A DNA stretch of 12,596 nt. It comes from Trueperaceae bacterium. GTDB lineage: Bacteria; Deinococcota; Deinococci; Deinococcales; Trueperaceae. The stretch spans positions 1 through 12,596 of the forward strand of contig JBBDRK010000054.1 in assembly GCA_040905465.1 (NCBI GenBank). Reading direction: 5' to 3'. Shown in pieces: positions 1 to 6,812 of this stretch (the first letter of the stretch is position 1; each line of letters opens with the position of its first letter). The position numbers were made by a program, and so were the translations under genes. The notes under the pieces were generated by a model. The model saw nothing but the letters and a program-made list of their open reading frames with translations. It did not search any database and had not been told where the DNA came from.

Positions 1-1
1 C

Positions 2-757
2 ACGGCATATGGTGTCGCCCGGCAATCCGCTGTCGCGAAAGATCAGGTCGTTCTCGGGCGAGATGACGTAAGGCGGATTGCACGCGATGACGTCGAATCG
101 CTCGCCCGCGACGGGTTCGAACAGGGATCCAAGGCGAGTGTGGACGCTGGGCAACGAGTTTAGCCCCGCGTTGAGTTCGGTAAGGAACAGGGCTCGCCGG
201 TTGACGTCGGTGGCGGTTACTCGTCCGCTGTGATATGCCAGCAGGAGAGCCAGCGCTCCGCAACCGCTTCCCAAGTCGAGAGAGGAGAGGGCTTCTCGTC
301 GTACGGTGAGCCCGGCCAGGGTCTTGGTCGCCGCCGTGACGCCAGTAACGTGCTCCATAGTTACCTTCTTCGACACGTAGGCGTCGTGGGCGAGGAGCAG
401 ACCCTTCCAAGGTGTAATTGCAAAGCCCGCGCGCACAGTGTCCTCGTCACCGTTGCCGGACAACAGCAGGCCTACTTCCTTCAGCTCGTTGATGTCGACA
501 CCGGGTAGCGCCTGCGCAAATGTGTGTCGGCTCGCTGGCTCTCCGAGGAGGAGGCAGAGCGCCAGCGTGACAAGCTCTCCGCCATCGCCCGAGATCAATC
601 TGCGCCGAAAGATCTCTTGCTGTGCTTGGCCGATCGGAGTCGGCAAGGCGTCCACGCCCAGTAGGCGGGCCAAGCCTCGTTCCGTGTATCCGGCAGCAGC
701 CAGCGTTGCTCCGAACCGGCCGAGCGTGCGCGATGGGATGGTGGCCCCCTCTGTCAT
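2..757 (-). CDS. Class I SAM-dependent methyltransferase with NPPY motif (HemK/PrmC/MTS-like) and long N-terminal domain; 3' end runs off the window
   Basis: Manual translation of the minus strand from ATG 757 gives 252 codons with no stop: MTEGATIPSRTLGRFGATLAAAGYTERGLARLLG...TLAGLTVRREALSSLDLGSGCGALALLLAYHSGRVTATDVNRRAL...GSLFEPVAGERFDVIACNPPYVISPENDLIFRDSGLPGDTICR. Contains motif I LDLGSGCG, acidic post-I TDVN and motif IV NPPY. Absent from the supplied ORF track because it has no stop inside the window. Confidence 0.92.
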   Translation of the reverse strand, partial: MTEGATIPSRTLGRFGATLAAAGYTERGLARLLGVDALPTPIGQAQQEIFRRRLISGDGGELVTLALCLLLGEPASRHTFAQALPGVDINELKEVGLLLSGNGDEDTVRAGFAITPWKGLLLAHDAYVSKKVTMEHVTGVTAATKTLAGLTVRREALSSLDLGSGCGALALLLAYHSGRVTATDVNRRALFLTELNAGLNSLPSVHTRLGSLFEPVAGERFDVIACNPPYVISPENDLIFRDSGLPGDTICR

Positions 758-769
758 TGAATGGCAAGG

Positions 770-775
770 AGTATA
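770..775 (-). promoter_or_regulatory. Putative -10 box (TATACT) for the methyltransferase, very short leader
   Basis: Minus strand reads ggc-TATACT-ccttgccattca-ATG. No Shine-Dalgarno between the box and the ATG. Confidence 0.5.
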
Positions 776-853
776 GCCGAATCCTACATATGAGTTTCGC
801 CGAGTGCGTCGGCCGCCACGCCGGTCGACTGGTCATTGTCGTCTTACTGAAGG

Positions 854-879
854 CGGGGTGGAAGCTGACTCCCACCCCG
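854..879 (-). terminator. Hairpin downstream of the small-protein gene, probable intrinsic terminator or stabilising stem
   Basis: Minus strand CGGGGTGGGAG-tcag-CTTCCACCCCG: 11-bp stem with one G-U pair, about 45 nt after the stop at 925. The following U-tract is weak (ccttcagt). Confidence 0.55.
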
Positions 880-924
880 GGCCTGGTTCTCCTACCTATC
901 AGTGGTCTCCATCAGGTGCGCGCC

Positions 925-1116
925 TCAGAAGACGGGACGAAGGGCGCGGACTATGGCGGACGCCAGGTTTCTGACGGTTGGGCGCGGACCGGCAAAGGCC
1001 CTGGCTGAGATGAGCTCCTTTCTCGCCGATCTAACCCTCCTGTCCCGCTCCACTTCACTGAGTAGTGCTCTTTGATGATCGGTCGCGGCTCGTGCCATCG
1101 AGTACCAGGTGTTCAT
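925..1116 (-). CDS. Small basic helical hypothetical protein (63 aa; 64 aa if started at 1119)
   Basis: Strong SD GGAGGT (plus 1122-1127) 5 nt before ATG 1116. MNTWYSMARAATDHQRALLSEVERDRRVRSARKE...VRNLASAIVRALRPVF. Fills the gap between neighbours without overlap and has a hairpin downstream. Confidence 0.75.
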   Translation of the reverse strand: MNTWYSMARAATDHQRALLSEVERDRRVRSARKELISARAFAGPRPTVRNLASAIVRALRPVF

Positions 1117-1211
1117 CATCTACCTCCCATTTCACGCTTTCCGCCCTCATTGAAGCGCCGGCGGCCGAAGCCGTGGTCACGCCTGCCGGGACAGGGAACC
1201 GTTACAGGAGG

Positions 1212-1220
1212 TGCTACAAT
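1212..1220 (+). promoter_or_regulatory. Putative extended -10 promoter (TG-c-TACAAT) of the STAND regulator operon
   Basis: gTGcTACAAT lies 32 nt upstream of GTG 1253, which is preceded by purine-rich AGGGGAG. This makes the ORF-track start at 1211 unlikely. Confidence 0.55.
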
Positions 1221-1252
1221 CTCGTACAAAGCTTGCAAACGACAGGGGAGAA

Positions 1253-3646
1253 GTGGGCGACGAGGCCGTATTCGGAGCTTGGCTCCAGCAGCGCCGGAAG
1301 TCGATGAGGCTGACGCAGGAGCAGTTGGCCGGTCTCGCCGGATGTTCGGTGGCCACGATCAGGAAGGTCGAGGCCGACGAGAGGCGTCCGTCGAGCCACA
1401 TCGCCGGGCGGCTGGCGGAGGCGCTGGAGGTTCCCGCGGGGGAGGAGGATGCCTTCCTCCGTTTCGCGCGGGCCGGCTGGTCCGACGATCCCGCCGTCAC
1501 GCCGCAAGAGTCGCCTACCCCGTTGCCCTGGGACCGGCCTGCGCGCAAGGCCGCTCCCCTTCCTTTGCCCCTGACGCAGTTGCTGGGGCGCGAGCCGATC
1601 CTTCAGTCGACTATCGGCTTGTTGCAGCGCCCAACGGTCCGGCTGGCCACGCTCACCGGTCCGGGTGGTATCGGCAAGACGCACCTGGCGCTCGAGGTAG
1701 CTCACCGCACTCAGGAGAACTTTCCCGACGGCGCTAGTTGCGCGATGCTCGCGTCCGTGCAGGATGCAGAGCGCTTTCCCGAGGCCCTTGCTCAGGTGTT
1801 CACGGTCCAGCAGGGTGGAAGCGAGCCGCTGTGGGACCGGATCAAGGACCATCTGCAGGACAAGAGATTGCTGCTCGTGCTCGACAACTTCGAGCAGATA
1901 ATCTGGGCGGCGCCCTTGGTTTCCGACTTGTTGCGGGCATGTGCCGGCGTCAAGATCCTGGTGACCAGCCGTGAGGTCCTGCGCCTCCCAGGTGAGCACG
2001 AAGTCGCTGTTCCGCCGCTAGATGCCCCCCGTATCGACAGCTCCTTTCGGCGGGAGCCGCTCGACGCGTCCTCCTATCCGGCCGTCGAGCTCTTCATGCA
2101 AAGAGCGCAGGCGGCTCGGCCCGAGTTCACTCTCACGTCCGAAAATGTGGCAGCCGTCGCCGAGGTGTGCTCGCGACTCGAAGGCCTGCCGCTTGCAATC
2201 GAGTTGGCCGCGGCCCGAATCCGCCTGTTCTCACCCGGGGCCATGCTCTCGCGGCTCAGCCGTAGCCTCGACCTGCTGACCGGCGGCTCGCGAGACGCAC
2301 CGGCGAGGCAAAAAACGATGCGACAAGCGCTCGCCTGGAGCTACGAGCTGCTCGACGAAGAGGAACGGCGAATTCTGCGGCGATTCAGCGTGTTCGGGGG
2401 CGGTTTTACGCTCGAAGCTGCCGAAGCGGTGGGACTGCCGGAACGAGATCTCCTCAACACGGTCACGTCGCTTGTCGAAAAGAGCCTTTTGAAGTCGAAC
2501 GCCGGCGAGGAGCCGCGATTCGTCATGCTCGAAACCATCCGGGAGTTTGGCTTCGAGATGCTGAGCGAGCATGGCGAGGAGGCGGAGGTGCGGTACCGGC
2601 ATGCCACCTTCTTCGCCGACTTCATGACGAAGATCGAGCCCGACCTTCACGGGCCGGAGCAAGCGAACTGGATGAGGCTTGCCGGCCGCGAGCACGCCAA
2701 CATCGGCGTAGCTCTGCGTTGGTGCCTCGACTCAGGCGATTCGAGCACCGCCCTTAGACTGGCGGCGGCTACCTGGTGGTACTGGTTCGTGCGCGGGCAC
2801 TTGACGGAGGGGCGGGAGCTCCTCGCTGAGCTCCTCCCCATGGCACGAAGATTGGACAGCCCATTGTTGTCCGGCTTGCTCCTCGCTGCCGCCGAGCTAG
2901 CGGTGGGACAGAACGACCATGCACAAGGCGCGCTGCTGTACAGGGAAGCCGAAAGTGTCTCGAGGTCCAGCGGCGGCAGCGTGGTCCTGGCCCGTGCGCT
3001 GAGGGGACTGGCATGCGTGTCCGTCGTCACCGGCGACTTCGAGACCGCGACGGGGTATGTGGAGGAAGGCCTGGCCGAAGCCAGGGGGTGCAGCCAGGAA
3101 CGGGAGGTCGCGCTGTTCCTCAACAGCCTCGGTGAGATCGCCCGGTCTGAAGGTGAGTACGGCAAGGCAGAGGCGTATTACGAGGAGAGCATCACCGTCC
3201 TGCGCGGTCTCGGTGACCGGATCCTGATTGTGACCCTCCTTGCGAATCTAGGCTACATGGCGCAGCGGCAAGGTGACCTCTCGCGATCCATCGAGCGGTT
3301 CAGCGAGGGGCTTCGTCTGGCCCAAGAGGTTGGTGGCATACGCGGTATCGGAACGGCTCTAGCCGGCTTGGCAGGGGTTGCAGTAGCGGCAGGGAATCCC
3401 CGGAAGGCCGCGATGCTGTTCGGAGCGGCGGAAGCCGTACATGGCGCGCACGGTGTAGTGCCCGAACCGGTGGATCGAGCCGAAATGGAGCGCAGCATCG
3501 CACTGGCCAAAGCGGCGATGACTCGGGAAACCTGGACCTCCTGCAAGGCCGAGGGAACGCGCATGTCGCTCAAGGAGGCAATAGCGGCTGCCCTCGAGGT
3601 GGAAACGACCAACGTCCATCCGGCAGTAACACGGGAAGCAGGGTGA
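1253..3646 (+). CDS. XRE-family HTH + STAND (NB-ARC-like) ATPase + winged helix + TPR transcriptional regulator
   Basis: N-terminal XRE HTH (LQQRRKSMRLTQEQLAGLAGCSVATIRKVEADERRPS), Walker A GPGGIGKT, Walker B LLLVLDNFE, sensor ILVTSRE, GxP motif GLPLAIELAA, winged-helix RFVMLETIREF, C-terminal TPR-like repeats (LNSLGEIARSEGEYGKAEAYYEESI, LANLGYMAQRQGDLSRSIERFSEGL). The ORF extends in frame to GTG 1211; GTG 1253 is preferred. Confidence 0.93.
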   Translation: MGDEAVFGAWLQQRRKSMRLTQEQLAGLAGCSVATIRKVEADERRPSSHIAGRLAEALEVPAGEEDAFLRFARAGWSDDPAVTPQESPTPLPWDRPARKAAPLPLPLTQLLGREPILQSTIGLLQRPTVRLATLTGPGGIGKTHLALEVAHRTQENFPDGASCAMLASVQDAERFPEALAQVFTVQQGGSEPLWDRIKDHLQDKRLLLVLDNFEQIIWAAPLVSDLLRACAGVKILVTSREVLRLPGEHEVAVPPLDAPRIDSSFRREPLDASSYPAVELFMQRAQAARPEFTLTSENVAAVAEVCSRLEGLPLAIELAAARIRLFSPGAMLSRLSRSLDLLTGGSRDAPARQKTMRQALAWSYELLDEEERRILRRFSVFGGGFTLEAAEAVGLPERDLLNTVTSLVEKSLLKSNAGEEPRFVMLETIREFGFEMLSEHGEEAEVRYRHATFFADFMTKIEPDLHGPEQANWMRLAGREHANIGVALRWCLDSGDSSTALRLAAATWWYWFVRGHLTEGRELLAELLPMARRLDSPLLSGLLLAAAELAVGQNDHAQGALLYREAESVSRSSGGSVVLARALRGLACVSVVTGDFETATGYVEEGLAEARGCSQEREVALFLNSLGEIARSEGEYGKAEAYYEESITVLRGLGDRILIVTLLANLGYMAQRQGDLSRSIERFSEGLRLAQEVGGIRGIGTALAGLAGVAVAAGNPRKAAMLFGAAEAVHGAHGVVPEPVDRAEMERSIALAKAAMTRETWTSCKAEGTRMSLKEAIAAALEVETTNVHPAVTREAG

Positions 3647-3665
3647 TAGACATGGAGATGAAAAC

Positions 3666-4970
3666 GTGAATGAGACGCGAGATCCCTTGATCGACGTCAA
3701 GCGCTTCCCCCTGATGCAGGCGCTCTTCGGACGTCGCGCCCGCCGCTTCGGACTGGGCATGCAGGTCCCGTCCGGGCCGCTCGCCTTCCAGTCACGACAC
3801 GATCCCCTCCCCCTGTCGGAGGTGGAAAAGGCAATCCTCGTCGCTGCCGGCACAGGTGTATCTGGGTGGAACTTCGGCGTGCCGTTCGGGCCCGCTCGGG
3901 CCGACGAGCATGGTCACTTCACCTTGCGCTACACGGGCCGGACCGCGCCAACGGCGGCCGGGATCGGGACCCCCGTCCTGTTCCACACAGACGACGACGG
4001 GACCTACCTGACCAACACCCGTGACCAGCAACCCGAAAGCATGAGGGAGCTGGAGGAGATCGAAGGCGACACCGAGCGCATCCTGGCCGTCTGCCGTAAG
4101 AGCACCGTTCGCCTGAGCGGCGAGCGCCTTGACCTTCCGGCCGCACCCGGGCACATGCTGGAGCCCAACTTCTGGATGGCCAACGCCAAAGGCTCCACTC
4201 TGTTCATGCCGGTTGGTGACGTGAGCGAGCAGCTTCTCGGCTTCCTTGCCATCCTAATTTCGAATGGCTATGTCATCAACGATGATATGGCGGGACGGCC
4301 GGCAGGCGACCTGGCGACCTTCGTCCGGTCCGGGTTCCTGGACGAGAAAAAGGTGTTCCCACTATCCGTACTCGAGCTGACCACGTACGAGGCGAGCTGC
4401 ATGGAGCTTGCGCTCATCGGCCACAACATCGTCCTGGCCGAGCAAGCGCTGGGCCTCGGCGGGCTCTTCTTCAACGGCATGAACCGTTGGAGCGTACTCG
4501 GGGCGTTCGCCGATAAGGGAGTGCAGGGCTTGGGCTTTCGATTCATTACCGATGAGCGGTGGACCGTGCCCAACCCGGTGGGTCTCGACGGTCACTTCGA
4601 GGCGCTCTGCCCCCCGTATCAGCCCGACATGCGGAGTGCGGTCGAGAAGTTCACCGAGCGCAAGTTCGGGGCCGGCGGCGCGTACGACCCGGATAAGCCC
4701 GGCCCCTGGAAAGACGGCGAGCGGGTCAAGCGGAGCGTCACACCGTACAGTGACGAGTTCGTCGACTGCATGAGCGAGGTCGCTCAGTATGTCCTGGACA
4801 CTTACGGCAAGTTCCCTGGCACGCAGCCCACTATTGCAATGACCTGCTATGCGCAGGCCCACCACATCGATACCGAGTTCTACGACGAGCACTACCAGCC
4901 GGGTGCCTACCTCGAGACCCATGCCGAACATCTTGAGCGCTGGCACCGATCCGAGCCGACGACCGACTAG
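3666..4970 (+). CDS. Uncharacterised nitroreductase-superfamily (SagB/ThcOx-like) putative FMN oxidoreductase, 434 aa
   Basis: SD GGAG 8 nt before GTG, 19 nt after the upstream stop. Motifs parallel the nitroreductase/SagB fold: RRARRF (cf. RRSxRxF), PLSEVEKAILVAAGTG, GRTAPTAAG (cf. RTAPSAG), ELALIGHNIVLAEQALGLGG (cf. EAGxxAQNxxLAAxALGLG). The CDS is clear; the fold assignment is by eye. Confidence 0.75.
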   Translation: MNETRDPLIDVKRFPLMQALFGRRARRFGLGMQVPSGPLAFQSRHDPLPLSEVEKAILVAAGTGVSGWNFGVPFGPARADEHGHFTLRYTGRTAPTAAGIGTPVLFHTDDDGTYLTNTRDQQPESMRELEEIEGDTERILAVCRKSTVRLSGERLDLPAAPGHMLEPNFWMANAKGSTLFMPVGDVSEQLLGFLAILISNGYVINDDMAGRPAGDLATFVRSGFLDEKKVFPLSVLELTTYEASCMELALIGHNIVLAEQALGLGGLFFNGMNRWSVLGAFADKGVQGLGFRFITDERWTVPNPVGLDGHFEALCPPYQPDMRSAVEKFTERKFGAGGAYDPDKPGPWKDGERVKRSVTPYSDEFVDCMSEVAQYVLDTYGKFPGTQPTIAMTCYAQAHHIDTEFYDEHYQPGAYLETHAEHLERWHRSEPTTD

Positions 4971-4984
4971 GCCTGAGTGAAATC

Positions 4985-5003
4985 CGTGGTGCCCGTCACC
5001 ACG
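4985..5003. terminator. Hairpin between convergent genes, possible bidirectional terminator
   Basis: CGTGGTG-cccgt-CACCACG perfect 7-bp stem, followed on the minus strand by gatttc. A second small stem GGGC-aaggaa-GCCC lies at 5037-5050. Confidence 0.45.
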
Positions 5004-5054
5004 CCAAGAGACAAGAACGAAACGTAGTTAGCTGGTGGGCAAGGAAGCCCGTAC

Positions 5055-5870
5055 CTAGCCCCGGACCGCTACCGTCATCAAGTACCTGTTTTCGATGACG
5101 GCGGTACCGTCGGAAGCGCGATTGTAGCGTTCGAATACGGCTTCGAGATCGTTGCGGAGCCCCGCTCCCGCGCCACCTGCCTTCGCCGCCTTTATCGACG
5201 GCCCGAAGTAGTTCAGGAAGACCTCCACGGCATGATCGATAGATCGGTAGTACTGTAGCGCGGTGCGTGGTTCGCTGACGATGCTGCTGCATTCGGCGCC
5301 GAGGAGCTTATCGAGACCTGCGTCTGCGCTCCAACGCAGCGGTGTATCGATGCTGGGTGGGGGCGGCGAGTATTTCGCGTGGGTGGCGAAGAAGTCGCCG
5401 CTCCAGCCCTCCGCGAGCGGGGTGGCAAGCCCGATCCTCCCGCCTGGCCGGCAAACGCGCAGCATCTCCCGGGCAGCTAGCGCTTGGTCGGGCGCGAACT
5501 GAACGCCGTAAACCGACAACAGAGCGTCGAACGATGCGTCGGCAAACGGCAGGTTCTGGGCGTCCGCGACCAGGAAATCGGCCGCCAGCCCGTCTGCATC
5601 GGAGCGACGTTCTGCGCGCTCGATCAGGGAAGATACGTAATCGATCCCGGTGACGCGGCAGTATCTGCGCGCTGCAACGAGCGCTGCCGTTCCGCTGCCG
5701 CACGCAATGTCGAGAACTCGTTCATCGGCGTGCAGGTCGACTGCATCACAGAGCGCCTCGGCCATGCACACGTTTTGACGCGCGATTTCGTTGAAGTCGC
5801 CGGTCGCCCAGGTTTCTCGTTGGTGCTGGGTTATGGCGTCGTACTCGCTGGCGTGGCGTTGATCCGTCAT
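5055..5870 (-). CDS. Class I SAM-dependent methyltransferase (UbiE/Methyltransf_11-like), 271 aa
   Basis: SD AAGGAGG; motif I VLDIACGSG, VTGIDY, ADAQNLPFADASFDALLS, EMLRVCRPGGRI. Confidence 0.93.
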   Translation of the reverse strand: MTDQRHASEYDAITQHQRETWATGDFNEIARQNVCMAEALCDAVDLHADERVLDIACGSGTAALVAARRYCRVTGIDYVSSLIERAERRSDADGLAADFLVADAQNLPFADASFDALLSVYGVQFAPDQALAAREMLRVCRPGGRIGLATPLAEGWSGDFFATHAKYSPPPPSIDTPLRWSADAGLDKLLGAECSSIVSEPRTALQYYRSIDHAVEVFLNYFGPSIKAAKAGGAGAGLRNDLEAVFERYNRASDGTAVIENRYLMTVAVRG

Positions 5871-6016
5871 CTCGATGTCCTCCTTCTGATGAATCTCTCT
5901 TCCCAGGTCGCCCCCCGCCGATCCCTGCTGCCTGGCAGGTGAAGCCGGCAGCTTGTCGGACCCCGGTCGGCGAAGCCGGCGTTCGGCCGTACCGTAAATC
6001 CTGGCGGAAGCGACTT

Positions 6017-6037
6017 CCAGTTCGGCAGACGAACTGG
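6017..6037. promoter_or_regulatory. Palindromic operator candidate for the HxlR-family regulator
   Basis: CCAGTTCG-gcaga-CGAACTGG: perfect 8-bp inverted repeat in the divergent intergenic region, with a related extra half-site TGAACCGG at 6041-6048. Confidence 0.7.
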
Positions 6038-6057
6038 TGTTGAACCGGACGCAGGGT

Positions 6058-6063
6058 TAGGGT
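6058..6063 (+). promoter_or_regulatory. Putative -10 box (TAGGGT) of a leaderless hxlR-like transcript
   Basis: TAGGGT-gaggtgc-ATG, i.e. TAnnnT-N7-ATG. Confidence 0.5.
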
Positions 6064-6070
6064 GAGGTGC

Positions 6071-6763
6071 ATGGAAAAGTACGGGCAGTACTGTCCAATA
6101 GCCAGGTCGCTGGAGGTACTGGGCAACCGCTGGACCCTTCTGATCATCCGTGACATGTTGTTTGGCGGCGCTTGTCACTTCAATCAGCTGTCGCGAGGCC
6201 TTCCACGCCTTTCGCGCAGCGTATTGGCCGACCGACTACGCCAGCTACAGGAGGCCGGGATCATCGAGAGGCGCGAGAAAGGTGTCGAGCGACGCCCGGG
6301 ATACTTCCCGACCGAAGCTGGAGAGGACCTCCGGCCGGTAATCGAGACCTTGTTGAAGTGGGGCGCCTCTTGGGCGTTCGGCGAACCCGACGAGGAGGAG
6401 CTGGATCCGGTACTGCTCATGTGGTGGATGCGTTCCGGCGTCCGCTTCGACCGTCTTCCCGCCGATCGCACGGTGGCGCAGTTCGATTTCCACGGCGTCG
6501 ACGAAAGTTTCTGGCTCATCCTCGACCGCAGCGATGCCTCGCTCTGCCTCAAGCGGCCTCGTTTCGACATCGACCTGTGGATTACCGCGGATTTACCGGC
6601 ACTCTTTCAGGTGTGGCTCGGCCGGATGGAGTTCTCGGAGGCAGTGGAGGACGGTGAAATCGACCTGAACGCCGTCCCGTCCCTGACCCGGGCATTCCCC
6701 ACGTGGTTCACGTGGAGCCCAACCTCGGATACGGTGCGAACTGCGGTTCGCCACCGCGGGTAG
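6071..6763 (+). CDS. HxlR-family winged-helix transcriptional regulator with C-terminal SCP2-like domain
   Basis: YGQYCPIARSLEVLGNRWTLLIIRDML...FNQLSRGLPRLSRSVLADRLRQL...GEDLRPVIETLLKWG is a typical HxlR domain. The C-terminal ~120 aa (VAQFDF...FWLILD...LCLKRPRFDIDLWITADL...VWLG) resembles SCP2-like extensions. ATG 6071 is preferred over GTG 6062. Confidence 0.92.
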   Translation: MEKYGQYCPIARSLEVLGNRWTLLIIRDMLFGGACHFNQLSRGLPRLSRSVLADRLRQLQEAGIIERREKGVERRPGYFPTEAGEDLRPVIETLLKWGASWAFGEPDEEELDPVLLMWWMRSGVRFDRLPADRTVAQFDFHGVDESFWLILDRSDASLCLKRPRFDIDLWITADLPALFQVWLGRMEFSEAVEDGEIDLNAVPSLTRAFPTWFTWSPTSDTVRTAVRHRG

Positions 6764-6812
6764 CTGGTACGTTTCCGCGGCGACGATACGGATGAACGGG
6801 GGAAGAGGGAGC

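Noticed and set aside
447..875. 142-aa minus-strand ORF with AGGAG upstream
   Set aside because: Overlaps the methyltransferase out of frame, starts inside the terminator-like hairpin, has a too-distant SD (13 nt) and an Arg/Pro-rich non-protein-like composition.
1211..1252. ORF-track start of the STAND gene at GTG 1211
   Set aside because: AGGAG abuts the GTG with no spacer and the codons overlap the likely extended -10 box; GTG 1253 fits better.
1253..3646. Avs/NLR-type anti-phage system
   Set aside because: No effector domain and no neighbouring defence genes; the architecture matches transcriptional STAND regulators.
925..4970. Classical thiazole/oxazole RiPP cluster
   Set aside because: No YcaO/E1 cyclodehydratase in the window, and the small protein has no Cys or Ser/Thr-rich core.
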